IMG/VR virus record: IMGVR_UViG_2162886015_000002
Location: 1-61,570 of that record
Strand: one strand, 5' to 3'
Source of the DNA: a virus
Lineage: Duplodnaviria; Caudoviricetes
DNA length: 61,570 bases
Notes under the pieces: model-generated
The model's database searches: none
What the model was told of the DNA's origin: nothing
Seen by the model: only the letters and a program-made list of their open reading frames with translations
Shown here: one piece after another, positions 7,944 to 16,015 of the stretch
Position numbering within the stretch: the first letter of the stretch is position 1
Layout of the letters: each line of letters opens with the position of its first letter
Made by a program: the position numbers and the translations under genes

Positions 7944-9062
7944 GTGAGTAACCAAGAATCCAACGTGCGTGCGCTGCAAGTTGCGCACGAAGTACAGCCG
8001 GACTTGCCGCCAAACGACACCAGCAGCGCCGCCCTGATCCTGAATGGCGACGGCATGCAGCGTGCGCTGTCGTTCGCCGAAGTCATGGCGAGCGGCAAGG
8101 CAACCATCCCGGCGCACCTTCGCGGAAATAAGGGAGATTGTCTTGCTATCACGATGCAAGCGATGCGCTGGGGGATGGATCCGTTCGCCGTAGCATCGAA
8201 GACCCATGTGAGCCAGAGTGGTGCGCTCGGCTATGAGGGCCAACTCATCAATGCCGTCATCATTTCCAACGCGCCGATCAAGGGACGTCCGAAGCTCGAA
8301 TACCTTGGCGACTGGGACAAGGTTCTGGGTAAGGTTGAAGAGCGGAAGTCGGACAAGGGCGGCAAATATTATGCTGCGACGTACACGAAAAAGGACGAAG
8401 AGGGTCTGGGGGTGATCTATCGCGCCACCTTCATCGGCGAGGATGAGCCCAGCGAGGTGACGGTGATGATGTCCCAGGCATACCCGCGATTCTCGACGCA
8501 ATGGGCGACCGATCCGAAGCAGCAGATCGCCTACCTCGCCGGTAGAAAGTGGGCGCGCCTGCATGCGCCGGACGTGATTCTTGGCGTCTATACGCCAGAA
8601 GAGCAGGAAGAGGCGGCACCTCCGCAGCGCAACATGGGCCGCGCCGACATCGTCGAGCCGCCGCCGCAGCCGTCGGCTGATCTGTACAAGACGGCGCACA
8701 AGGCTGCGGAGAAGGGCGCGGCCGTGTATCAAGAGTTCTGGGCTGGCACCGGCAAAGAAAACCGGAAGCTACTCGCTGGCGATCACGAGGATTTCAAGCG
8801 CATCGCTGCGGAAGCGGACGCCGCGCGCACGGTCGACAATCCGCCGACCAGTCAGCCCGCAACACAGAGCAACGACGCCGCACCGACCGTCACCTTCGCG
8901 GAGGTCATGTCGAGTATGCGCAGCGCCGCCGAGCGCCGCGACCTCGACGCGCTTAACGCTGCCGCCGACATGATCCGCAGCGTGACCAACGAAGACGAGC
9001 GCAACGAGCTGAGCGGCGAGTACCGCGCGTTCGTCGAGTCGATCGAAGGAGCGGCGCAATGA
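7944..9062 (+). CDS. recT: RecT-family single-strand annealing protein
   Basis: IPAHLRGNKGDCLAITMQAMRWGMDPFAVASKT...W..DPKQQIAY...WARLHAPDVILGVYTPEE. Confidence 0.85.
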   Translation: MSNQESNVRALQVAHEVQPDLPPNDTSSAALILNGDGMQRALSFAEVMASGKATIPAHLRGNKGDCLAITMQAMRWGMDPFAVASKTHVSQSGALGYEGQLINAVIISNAPIKGRPKLEYLGDWDKVLGKVEERKSDKGGKYYAATYTKKDEEGLGVIYRATFIGEDEPSEVTVMMSQAYPRFSTQWATDPKQQIAYLAGRKWARLHAPDVILGVYTPEEQEEAAPPQRNMGRADIVEPPPQPSADLYKTAHKAAEKGAAVYQEFWAGTGKENRKLLAGDHEDFKRIAAEADAARTVDNPPTSQPATQSNDAAPTVTFAEVMSSMRSAAERRDLDALNAAADMIRSVTNEDERNELSGEYRAFVESIEGAAQ

Positions 9063-9826
9063 AGATCATCCAGTGCGATCAAGGCGCTCCGGAATGGCAC
9101 AAGGCGCGCGCGGGCTGCATCACGGCGTCGATGTTCAAGGTCGCGCGCTCGCGCATCAATGGGCTGGACGAAAAGCAGGCGGCCTACGTCAACGCGATCC
9201 GATCCGGTCTCGATGAAGCCGCTGCACGCGATGTCGCTGGCTACAAAGCGCCGCCGAAATCGAAGACGGTGGAGCGCGCGATCGCCGGAGAAAAGGTCGG
9301 CGATCCGTCCGAAGCGGCTTTGAACTACGCGTTTCGCACCGCGGTCGAGCGTATCAGTGGAGCGCCGCTCGACGAGGGCTTTGAGACGTGGCAGATGCGC
9401 CGAGGTCATGACCTTGAACCGGCCGCGCGCCTCGCGCACGAAACCGCCTCCGGCGTAATGGTGCAGCGCGCAGGTTTCGTCACGACTGACGACGGCTTGT
9501 TCGGCGCCAGTGCAGACGGTCTGATCGGCGATGACGGCGGCAGTGAATACAAGTGTCTGGTTTCTCCGGAAGGTCTGCGGGAAGTGCTGCTCTCCGACGA
9601 CATCTCCGAGTTCATCGACCAGATCCAAGGGTGCATGTGGATCACTGGTCGCCGTTACTGGCACTTCGCGCTGTATTGCCCGGCGCTGGAGCCGGTCGGC
9701 AAGGAACTCTACTGGCGCCGCGTCGAGCGTGACGAGGCCTACATCGAAGAGCTTGAGATCGACCTGTTGCAGTTCTCCGCGTTGGTCGACCAGTACGAAC
9801 GCACGTTGCGGCAGAAAGCCGCCTGA
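9059..9826 (+). CDS. YqaJ/lambda-exonuclease family protein
   Basis: QGAPEWHKARAGCITAS...MRRGHDLEP...GASADGL...EYKC...QIQGCMW. Confidence 0.9.
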   Translation: MKIIQCDQGAPEWHKARAGCITASMFKVARSRINGLDEKQAAYVNAIRSGLDEAAARDVAGYKAPPKSKTVERAIAGEKVGDPSEAALNYAFRTAVERISGAPLDEGFETWQMRRGHDLEPAARLAHETASGVMVQRAGFVTTDDGLFGASADGLIGDDGGSEYKCLVSPEGLREVLLSDDISEFIDQIQGCMWITGRRYWHFALYCPALEPVGKELYWRRVERDEAYIEELEIDLLQFSALVDQYERTLRQKAA

Positions 9827-9867
9827 CGCCATAGCAGTTTAGTCATCACCAACAGAAAGGACCTTCG

Positions 9868-10533
9868 ATGAACGCACCTCAAGACTTCCGCGCAATGACC
9901 GCCGACACCGTTGGCCGAGACCTCCTGCAGGCACTCGTCACCGAACTCAAACTGCTGCCCGATGTGTGGGTGAAACTGTCGGAGAAAAAGCAGAACGACG
10001 TGATCGACCGGCTCCGTGCGCGCGTCGATACGCAGATCAAGATGGCCGTCCACGTGCTGGCCAGTTCCGGCCGCACCGTCGTTGCTGGCGACCTTGATCA
10101 GGTCACGATCAAGGATGGCGTCAAGGCGGTGATCAAGTTCAGCGCGGCCGCGCCGTCCCTTCACGAATTGTACGAATCCCAAGGTAAGGCGGTTCTGGTC
10201 GTCGTCGCCGGTGCGGCGGATCACACCGGCGGCATGGATGAAATCCGCGGCGAATCCGACCAGCGCGCGATGGATCTCGGTCGTGAGTATCACGAAGACG
10301 ACGGCGGTGGCATGGGCGATACGGTGGTGGATGCCGATGGCAAGCCAGTCACGCAAATCGAACACCAGCCGCTGCAGGAAGAGCTCGATGCCGCCGAGGA
10401 GGCTGGATACCTCGCCGCAAGCGAAGGCAAGCCGCAGAGCGATTGCCCGGTGATGGCCGGCGCGCTGTGCATTGCCTGGGTGAAGGGCTGGAAGCAGTGG
10501 CACGAGGAGCAGAACGGGGCTGCACCGGAATAA
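9868..10533 (+). CDS. hypothetical protein with C-terminal RMF-like motif
   Basis: AGYLAASEGKPQSDCP...AWVKGWKQW resembles the ribosome modulation factor pattern. Confidence 0.7.
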   Translation: MNAPQDFRAMTADTVGRDLLQALVTELKLLPDVWVKLSEKKQNDVIDRLRARVDTQIKMAVHVLASSGRTVVAGDLDQVTIKDGVKAVIKFSAAAPSLHELYESQGKAVLVVVAGAADHTGGMDEIRGESDQRAMDLGREYHEDDGGGMGDTVVDADGKPVTQIEHQPLQEELDAAEEAGYLAASEGKPQSDCPVMAGALCIAWVKGWKQWHEEQNGAAPE

Positions 10534-10567
10534 GCCTCTTCCCCACCCATATCCCGAGAGCGAAAAC

Positions 10568-11167
10568 ATGGACTTAATCCTTTTCTACGACACCGAGACG
10601 ACGGGCATTCCGAAGTGGAACCTGCCGTCTCACGATGCATCGCAGCCGCACATCACGCAGCTCGCAGCCGAACTTTGCGACGAGCGCAGCGGCAACGTCA
10701 TTGCCTTCATGGAAGTGCTGATTCGGCCGGCCGGGTGGGTCATTCCTCATGAGCTGGAAGAGCTGACCGGCATCACGACCGAACGAGCATTCGCCGAGGG
10801 GGTACCTATCGCAGACGCGCTGGGGAGGTTCATCCCAATGTGGAGGCGTGCGGCATTGCGCTGCGGTCACAACGAGTCTTTCGATGCTCGAATGGTACGG
10901 ATCGAAACGATGCGTGAGGTCGATCGCGATGATCCGTTTCACGAAGACTGGAAGAAAGCACCGGTCTTTTGCACCCAAGGGCGGAGCGCCAAAATCCTGA
11001 ACGAGTTTCGCGATAGAGGGATGAAGAAAACCCCTAACCTCGCAGAAGCCTACAAGCACTTCGTAGGCGAGGAACTGTCTGGCGCACATGATGCCGCGGT
11101 CGACTTGCGCGCTGCCAAAGCCGTGTACTACGGCATTCGCGAGCATCTGGCTAGGGCGGCGGCATGA
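10568..11167 (+). CDS. DEDDh 3'-5' exonuclease
   Basis: FYDTETTG, GHNESFD, AHDAAVD. Confidence 0.9.
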   Translation: MDLILFYDTETTGIPKWNLPSHDASQPHITQLAAELCDERSGNVIAFMEVLIRPAGWVIPHELEELTGITTERAFAEGVPIADALGRFIPMWRRAALRCGHNESFDARMVRIETMREVDRDDPFHEDWKKAPVFCTQGRSAKILNEFRDRGMKKTPNLAEAYKHFVGEELSGAHDAAVDLRAAKAVYYGIREHLARAAA

Positions 11168-11661
11168 CGGCGCGCAGACCATTCAATCAGCCGACCGCGT
11201 CGACGCGGGAGCAACGTCGCGCAGCGCAACGAGCGGCTGACAAGCGGTCTTTTCCGGCATCACCAGCGCGGCGCGCGCTCAGCGCGCAAGGCCATCAGCA
11301 CACCGAGGCCTTCTGTCTCATGTGGTACGCATGCGAGTGCGGTCACCGCGAACGTATCTGGAACAGCCGAGACGGTGTCACGGCGTTCGGATTCCAGTGC
11401 CCGTCGTGCAAAGAGCCGAAGTTGAAGCACGTCAACTGGAATCTCGACCAATACGCACCTGGCCACGTGCCTGCACCCGGCCAGCGTGTCTGGATCGACT
11501 TGACGCGTGACCGCGCACTGGAGATTGCACGCCGCACGGTCGATCAGGTCGCAAAGGGCAAGTTGCCGGAGGGGGCAGACCTCAATCGGATTGCTGATGC
11601 CGTCTACAACGGCGGAATGCAGCCGGACCTCGTTGTCTATGGATACGTGGAGGCAGCGTGA
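11164..11661 (+). CDS. hypothetical protein with Cys motifs
   Basis: CECGH...WNSRDGVT...CPSC. Confidence 0.7.
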   Translation: MTARRPFNQPTASTREQRRAAQRAADKRSFPASPARRALSAQGHQHTEAFCLMWYACECGHRERIWNSRDGVTAFGFQCPSCKEPKLKHVNWNLDQYAPGHVPAPGQRVWIDLTRDRALEIARRTVDQVAKGKLPEGADLNRIADAVYNGGMQPDLVVYGYVEAA

Positions 11662-12395
11662 GAGAAGACATCGAGAAGTACCTCGGCACCGTTATGGAGT
11701 CGACAGCAAAGACCATCGCTAGTCGTCTTGGCTTGCCGCAGCTCGACGTGTCGCGAGATCTGAACGCGATGGTGAAAGACGGGACGCTCGAGCGCGAGAT
11801 GAAGAAGGGCGAGTACACGTATTGGCTGACACGTTCCGATACGAAGCCCGCGGCGAAGGTGGCGAACGGCGTCGACATGCATCCGACGGCGTTGCCGGCT
11901 GGCGTCGTTTCGGTGCCGAAGGAGTCACCTGCGGTAGTCGAAAAACCGGAAGTTGCCGTCGCCAAAACGGATGGCGTGATCACCGGGATAACCGTCACGC
12001 ATGGCGGTCCAGCTGAGCCACCGCGCCCCTCGCTCTTCGAATTGGACCGTCTGCAGGAAAAGTTTGCTGCGTCTGAGAGCCGAGCTAGCAATCTGCAATC
12101 GAAGCTCGACGCGGCGCTCGCGGAAGTCGAGTCGCAAAAAGAAGTGATTGCCAAGTTGCGCGAGAACACCGCGGCGCTCGAGCGATCGATCGACGACCTG
12201 ACAGGCGTGGCCGATGTCGAGTTGCCGAAGGTCTATGTGACGGTAGGCAAGTACGTCAAGCCGAAGCGTCACGCTGATCTGCCACGGGCCCAGCGCCGCG
12301 CGGCAACGCTCGTGCGCACCGAAAAGGAATCTGAGGTGCTCGTGTGTGCGCCGGTCGGTCGCATGGTGCGCGGGAGCGAGTGGAAGTCGCAGTAA
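11658..12395 (+). CDS. winged-HTH plus coiled-coil protein
   Basis: TAKTIASRLGLPQLDVSRDLNAMVKDG...YWL; GGAGG RBS. Confidence 0.7.
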   Translation: MREDIEKYLGTVMESTAKTIASRLGLPQLDVSRDLNAMVKDGTLEREMKKGEYTYWLTRSDTKPAAKVANGVDMHPTALPAGVVSVPKESPAVVEKPEVAVAKTDGVITGITVTHGGPAEPPRPSLFELDRLQEKFAASESRASNLQSKLDAALAEVESQKEVIAKLRENTAALERSIDDLTGVADVELPKVYVTVGKYVKPKRHADLPRAQRRAATLVRTEKESEVLVCAPVGRMVRGSEWKSQ

Positions 12396-12483
12396 GTGTA
12401 CGGCGCCGTGCTACCCGATGGCGCGGCGTGTGTTTGGAAGGGGCGCAGTCCCGGCCCCGCTTTTTCACAGAACAGGAGATGCA

Positions 12484-12849
12484 ATGCAACAACTTCAGAT
12501 TCCCCCGCTGTCCGAAGGCGAAGTTTATGTCGGCGCGATCGGCGACAAGAACGGTGATTTCCACCACGTCATCCTGCTGCCGGGTGACAACGACGACGCC
12601 ACATTCGAAGCGCAACTTGCGTGGGCGAAAAGCATCGGCGGTGATTTGCCGAACCGTATCGAGCAGGCCATGTTGTTCGCCAACTTCCGCGATCAGTTCG
12701 AACGAGATGCTTATTGGTCGAACACACCGGATACCGATCCCGGCTATAGCGGTTGGGCCTGGTATCAGTACTTCGGCAACGGTGACCAGGGCTACCACCG
12801 CACGCTCACCGAGCTTCGCGCTCGCGCCGTCCGCAGATTGTCCATTTAA
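12484..12849 (+). CDS. DGR target 1, 121-aa DUF1566/C-type-lectin-like protein
   Basis: AGGAG RBS; GGDLPNRIEQAMLF...AYWS...GWAWYQYF...ARAVRR; C-terminal VR1. Confidence 0.9.
   Translation: MQQLQIPPLSEGEVYVGAIGDKNGDFHHVILLPGDNDDATFEAQLAWAKSIGGDLPNRIEQAMLFANFRDQFERDAYWSNTPDTDPGYSGWAWYQYFGNGDQGYHRTLTELRARAVRRLSI
12749..12840 (+). repeat. DGR variable repeat VR1
   Basis: 92 bp versus TR; 12 mismatches, all at TR adenines (manual count). Confidence 0.95.
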
Positions 12850-12865
12850 TCATTCAGTAATTTTC
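12842..12865 (+). repeat. post-VR tandem 8-bp motif (also 13323-13346 and 5237-5260)
   Basis: CCATTTAA-TCATTCAG-TAATTTTC; core TTCAGTAATT shared by all three VRs. Confidence 0.6.
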
Positions 12866-12878
12866 AGGAGCATCAGCA

Positions 12879-13322
12879 ATGACGATCACGCTTGAAGCCA
12901 TCAAGGCCGAACACACGAAGGTTGCCGAAATGATTGCTGCCTTCGAAAAGCAAGCAGCGACCGAGTACCACGTCGCGGCAGCCACCATTACGCTCGCGCC
13001 CGGCGAACGCTACGCCGGGTTGATTCTGGGCGAGAACGGTGAGGCTGACTACCACCTGATCCTGCTGCCCGGCGAAGCCGAGGACATCAAGTGGGAGGAC
13101 GCTGGCAAGTGGGCAGCGGAGCGCGGCGGTGTCCTGCCGACTCGGCGCGAGGAATCGCTGCTGTTCGCGAACCTGAAGGGCGAGTTCCAGTCGGCCTGGT
13201 ATTGGTCAGGTCAACAGCATGAGACGGAGAGCGGTTGGGCCTGGTGTCAGCACTTCGGCAACGGTGGCCAGTACTACGACCACACGACCACGAGCTTCGC
13301 GCTCGCGCCGTCCGCAGATTAG
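12879..13322 (+). CDS. DGR target 2, DUF1566/C-type-lectin-like; frameshifted in VR (restored stop 13333)
   Basis: Paralogue of target 1 (GGVLPTRREESLLF...WYWS...GWAWCQHF); 1-nt deletion relative to TR near 13287-13291. Confidence 0.9.
   Translation: MTITLEAIKAEHTKVAEMIAAFEKQAATEYHVAAATITLAPGERYAGLILGENGEADYHLILLPGEAEDIKWEDAGKWAAERGGVLPTRREESLLFANLKGEFQSAWYWSGQQHETESGWAWCQHFGNGGQYYDHTTTSFALAPSAD
13231..13320 (+). repeat. DGR variable repeat VR2
   Basis: 90 bp versus 91 bp of TR; 10 substitutions at adenines plus one missing A. Confidence 0.93.
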
Positions 13323-13350
13323 TTCTTCAGTAATTTAGTCATTAATCAGC

Positions 13351-13725
13351 ATGGCCATCCACACAAAACTTCCCATCTACAGGGTCGCGTACGACTTGCT
13401 CGACGTGGTCACGGATCTGGTAAAGAACATGCAACGTGATTTCAAGCGTTCCATCGGCGAGAAGATCAACGCCGAGTGCATCGAAATCATGGTTCTCGTC
13501 TTCCGGGCCAATGTCGCGCAGGACAAGTCGCCGCACCTTACGGAATTGATCGAGCGCCTGCAGGTGATCGAATTGTTGGTTCGGCTCGCGAGGGACAAGC
13601 GGCTTCTTTCCACAGAAGGTTACGCCAACACCATCGAGCTCACGACCAGCATCGGGAAGCAGGCTAATGGGTGGCGCAGCGCCGCAAATCGCCCGCTTCA
13701 TGGAGGTCAAGGCCGTCATGACTGA
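13351..13725 (+). CDS. avd: Avd (accessory variability determinant, four-helix bundle)
   Basis: LPIYRVAYDLL...RDFKRSIGEKI...IGKQANGWR; directly upstream of TR/RT. Confidence 0.9.
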   Translation: MAIHTKLPIYRVAYDLLDVVTDLVKNMQRDFKRSIGEKINAECIEIMVLVFRANVAQDKSPHLTELIERLQVIELLVRLARDKRLLSTEGYANTIELTTSIGKQANGWRSAANRPLHGGQGRHD

Positions 13726-15067
13726 GCGAATTTTTAATCTGGTCGTGCCGCTGGCTCACGAGGCCACCGATATGCGCATCACGGATACCGACCGCCAGCG
13801 TGCGGCGCGGTCCGGCGCAGTTTCCCGGCTGAGCAATCGGCCCGGCGACGTAGATAGCACGAACAATGCGGTTGGGCCTGGTATCAGAACTTCAACAACG
13901 GTAACCAGAACAACAACCACACGAACAACGAGCTTCGCGCTCGCGCCGTCCGCAGATTGGAACGCACATGCTGGTTTCACATTCACCGAACTCACCGAAG
14001 CCTATTTCGATTGCCGGCGCACGAAGCGTAACAGCGCCAGCGCGCTGACTTTTGAATCGAATCTGGAGCGCAATCTCCGACGTCTGTACGACGAACTGGC
14101 CGATGGCAGCTATGCACCCGGCCGCTCGATCTGTTTCGTGATCACGCGTCCGAAGCCTCGCGAGGTGTGGGCGGCGGATTTCCGCGATCGCATCGTGCAT
14201 CACCTGTTGTACAACCGCATCGGGCCGCGCTTCGAAAAGTCGTTCATTGCGGATTCGTGCGCGTGCATCACCGGTCGCGGCACGCTCTACGCCGCACGGC
14301 GTCTCGAGGCGAAGATCCGAAGCGTCACGCAGAACTGGTCGCGACCCGCGTATTACCTGAAGTGCGACCTCGCAAACTTTTTCGTCTCGATCGACAAAAA
14401 GATCCTGCGCGAGCTGCTGCTCGCCAAAATCTCCGAGCCATTCTGGCGATCGCTGACCGAGCTCGTGCTGATGCACGATCCACGCACCGACTTCGAATTC
14501 CGTGGCAATCGGGCGCTGCTGGCCCGCGTGCCGCAGCACAAGCGGCTGATGGAGCAGACGGCGAACCGCGGACTGCCGATCGGCAATCTGTCGTCGCAGT
14601 TCTTCGCCAACGTCTATCTCGACGTGCTGGATCAGCGCGCGAAGCATTGTTTGGGCGCCCGACACTACATCCGCTACGTGGACGACTTCCTGTTTCTGCA
14701 CGATTCGGCGGACTGGCTGAACGCGGCGCTCGCTGACGTAGACGCGTTCCTGCCCGCTCGCCTCGGCGTGCGGCTCAATCCGAAGAAGACGATCCTACAG
14801 CCGGTGGCGCGCGGCGTTGACTTCGTCGGGCACGTGATCAAACCGTGGGCCCGCTCGACGCGGCGTCGCACAGTCAGTGAAGCGCTTCGGCGCGTGGCCA
14901 GCGTCGACGAGCAGAATTTCCTGCAGGTCACGAACAGTTATTTCGGTCTGCTCGGGCAGGCACCGGCCAGCCACCACGACCGCGCGCGGCTCGCGAACGT
15001 GGTCCGGGATCGCGGGCACGCAGTCAACAAGGCGCTGACTAAGACGTACCGAGGTTCCACACCATGA
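13718..15067 (+). CDS. DGR reverse transcriptase (ORF includes TR; start uncertain)
   Basis: PKPREVWAADFRDRIVHH, KCDLANFFVSI, GLPIGNLSSQFFAN, YIRYVDDF, GVDFVG; ATG 13718 overlaps the end of avd. Confidence 0.95.
   Translation: MTERIFNLVVPLAHEATDMRITDTDRQRAARSGAVSRLSNRPGDVDSTNNAVGPGIRTSTTVTRTTTTRTTSFALAPSADWNAHAGFTFTELTEAYFDCRRTKRNSASALTFESNLERNLRRLYDELADGSYAPGRSICFVITRPKPREVWAADFRDRIVHHLLYNRIGPRFEKSFIADSCACITGRGTLYAARRLEAKIRSVTQNWSRPAYYLKCDLANFFVSIDKKILRELLLAKISEPFWRSLTELVLMHDPRTDFEFRGNRALLARVPQHKRLMEQTANRGLPIGNLSSQFFANVYLDVLDQRAKHCLGARHYIRYVDDFLFLHDSADWLNAALADVDAFLPARLGVRLNPKKTILQPVARGVDFVGHVIKPWARSTRRRTVSEALRRVASVDEQNFLQVTNSYFGLLGQAPASHHDRARLANVVRDRGHAVNKALTKTYRGSTP
13743..13862 (+). ncRNA. 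putative structured DGR RNA element 5' of TR
   Basis: TCGTGC/GCACGA closing stem; GACCGC/GCGGTC; GGCTGA-GCAA-TCGGCC GNRA hairpin. Confidence 0.5.
13868..13959 (+). repeat. DGR template repeat TR
   Basis: 9 AAC codons, 26 adenines; matches VR1 and VR2. Confidence 0.95.
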
Positions 15068-15246
15068 GCGAACGGGAATGGCACATACGCATGGCACGCA
15101 CCTATCTGGCTCAAGCCATGCATATACGTCGGTTCCCACAGCATTCGGGCTGGCACGCAACGCTGATGTCATGGGTGGCAAAGCGGCGGCTGCAAGCGAT
15201 GGCCTGCAAACCTGAGCCGATCCAAGTTGATCTATTTGGAGATTGA
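15064..15246 (+). CDS. small hypothetical protein
   Basis: ATGA overlap with RT; ends QVDLFGD (clamp-binding-like). Confidence 0.6.
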   Translation: MSEREWHIRMARTYLAQAMHIRRFPQHSGWHATLMSWVAKRRLQAMACKPEPIQVDLFGD

Positions 15247-15247
15247 T

Positions 15248-15772
15248 GTGACTACGAATACAGACGCAGTGCCGCTGACCGACGAGCGGCCGACGTACAT
15301 CTTTCTCGCGCGTGGCGACGTGATTCGCGCGACCGACGAACGCTACAGCGTCACTTACCACCGGTGGAAACCGATCGCGCCGCTCTATGTCGGGACGACC
15401 GTAGATGCGAGCACGCGTCCGGTGCGCCGTCGCGCCCCTGCTTCCGAAGTGCAGGCAGACCATATTGCGGATGAACGCAATATGGGTGCCGGCGAAGTGC
15501 AGGCAGATTCGTGCGCGCGCCTAGTAGCGTTCCACGCCGCGCAACTCGACAGCAATCCGTATTGCTACTTCGAACTTGCCTACACCCGCCAGACCGATTG
15601 GATGGCGTGGATTACGGATCGGCCCGCGCAAGGTGAGCCGGGTACCGCGGCGTACGCAAAATCGCGCAAGGTCATCGTGCGGGGCCAGGGCCCGACTGCA
15701 CAGGAAGCTTGCACCGACGCGCTCGCTGCGCTCGCCGCTTCATTCGCCGGGGATCAGGAGGTGGGATCGTGA
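15248..15772 (+). CDS. mosaic hypothetical protein
   Basis: GGAG RBS then GTG; internal EVQAD repeat. Confidence 0.65.
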   Translation: MTTNTDAVPLTDERPTYIFLARGDVIRATDERYSVTYHRWKPIAPLYVGTTVDASTRPVRRRAPASEVQADHIADERNMGAGEVQADSCARLVAFHAAQLDSNPYCYFELAYTRQTDWMAWITDRPAQGEPGTAAYAKSRKVIVRGQGPTAQEACTDALAALAASFAGDQEVGS

Positions 15773-15987
15773 TCCGGATCGCATGCACGGCGCTGCTAAA
15801 GCGCATCAAAGCAGGAACGCCGAACAAGGACGGTCTTAGCTTTCGGGGCGGCGGTCAAGACGTTACCAGCGATTGTGTCAAGGCGATCATTGAATTCGTC
15901 GGCGTGGGCGGTACACACGAGGTCACGGTCAACGGAAAACCAATGTACGAAATCGAGATCCGCGAGATCGCGAAGGCCACCTCATGA
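15769..15987 (+). CDS. hypothetical protein
   Basis: GGAGG RBS, GTGA overlap; QDVTSDCVKAI. Confidence 0.65.
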   Translation: MIRIACTALLKRIKAGTPNKDGLSFRGGGQDVTSDCVKAIIEFVGVGGTHEVTVNGKPMYEIEIREIAKATS

Positions 15988-16015
15988 CCGCCCCCACTAA
16001 CAATCTGACGGAGCG

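Larger units (their letters stand above)
12484..15067 (+). mobile_element. diversity-generating retroelement (target1-target2-avd-TR/RT)
   Basis: RT with DGR SQ motif, Avd, AAC-rich TR, and two VRs differing from TR only at adenines. Confidence 0.97.

Noticed and set aside
13886-13930. AAC microsatellite or CRISPR-like repeat
   Set aside because: It is the DGR template repeat. No repeat-spacer array or cas gene was seen in the window.
13667-15067. group II intron or retron RT
   Set aside because: The SQ motif, adjacent Avd and TR/VR adenine-specific pairs identify a DGR; no maturase or endonuclease domain seen.
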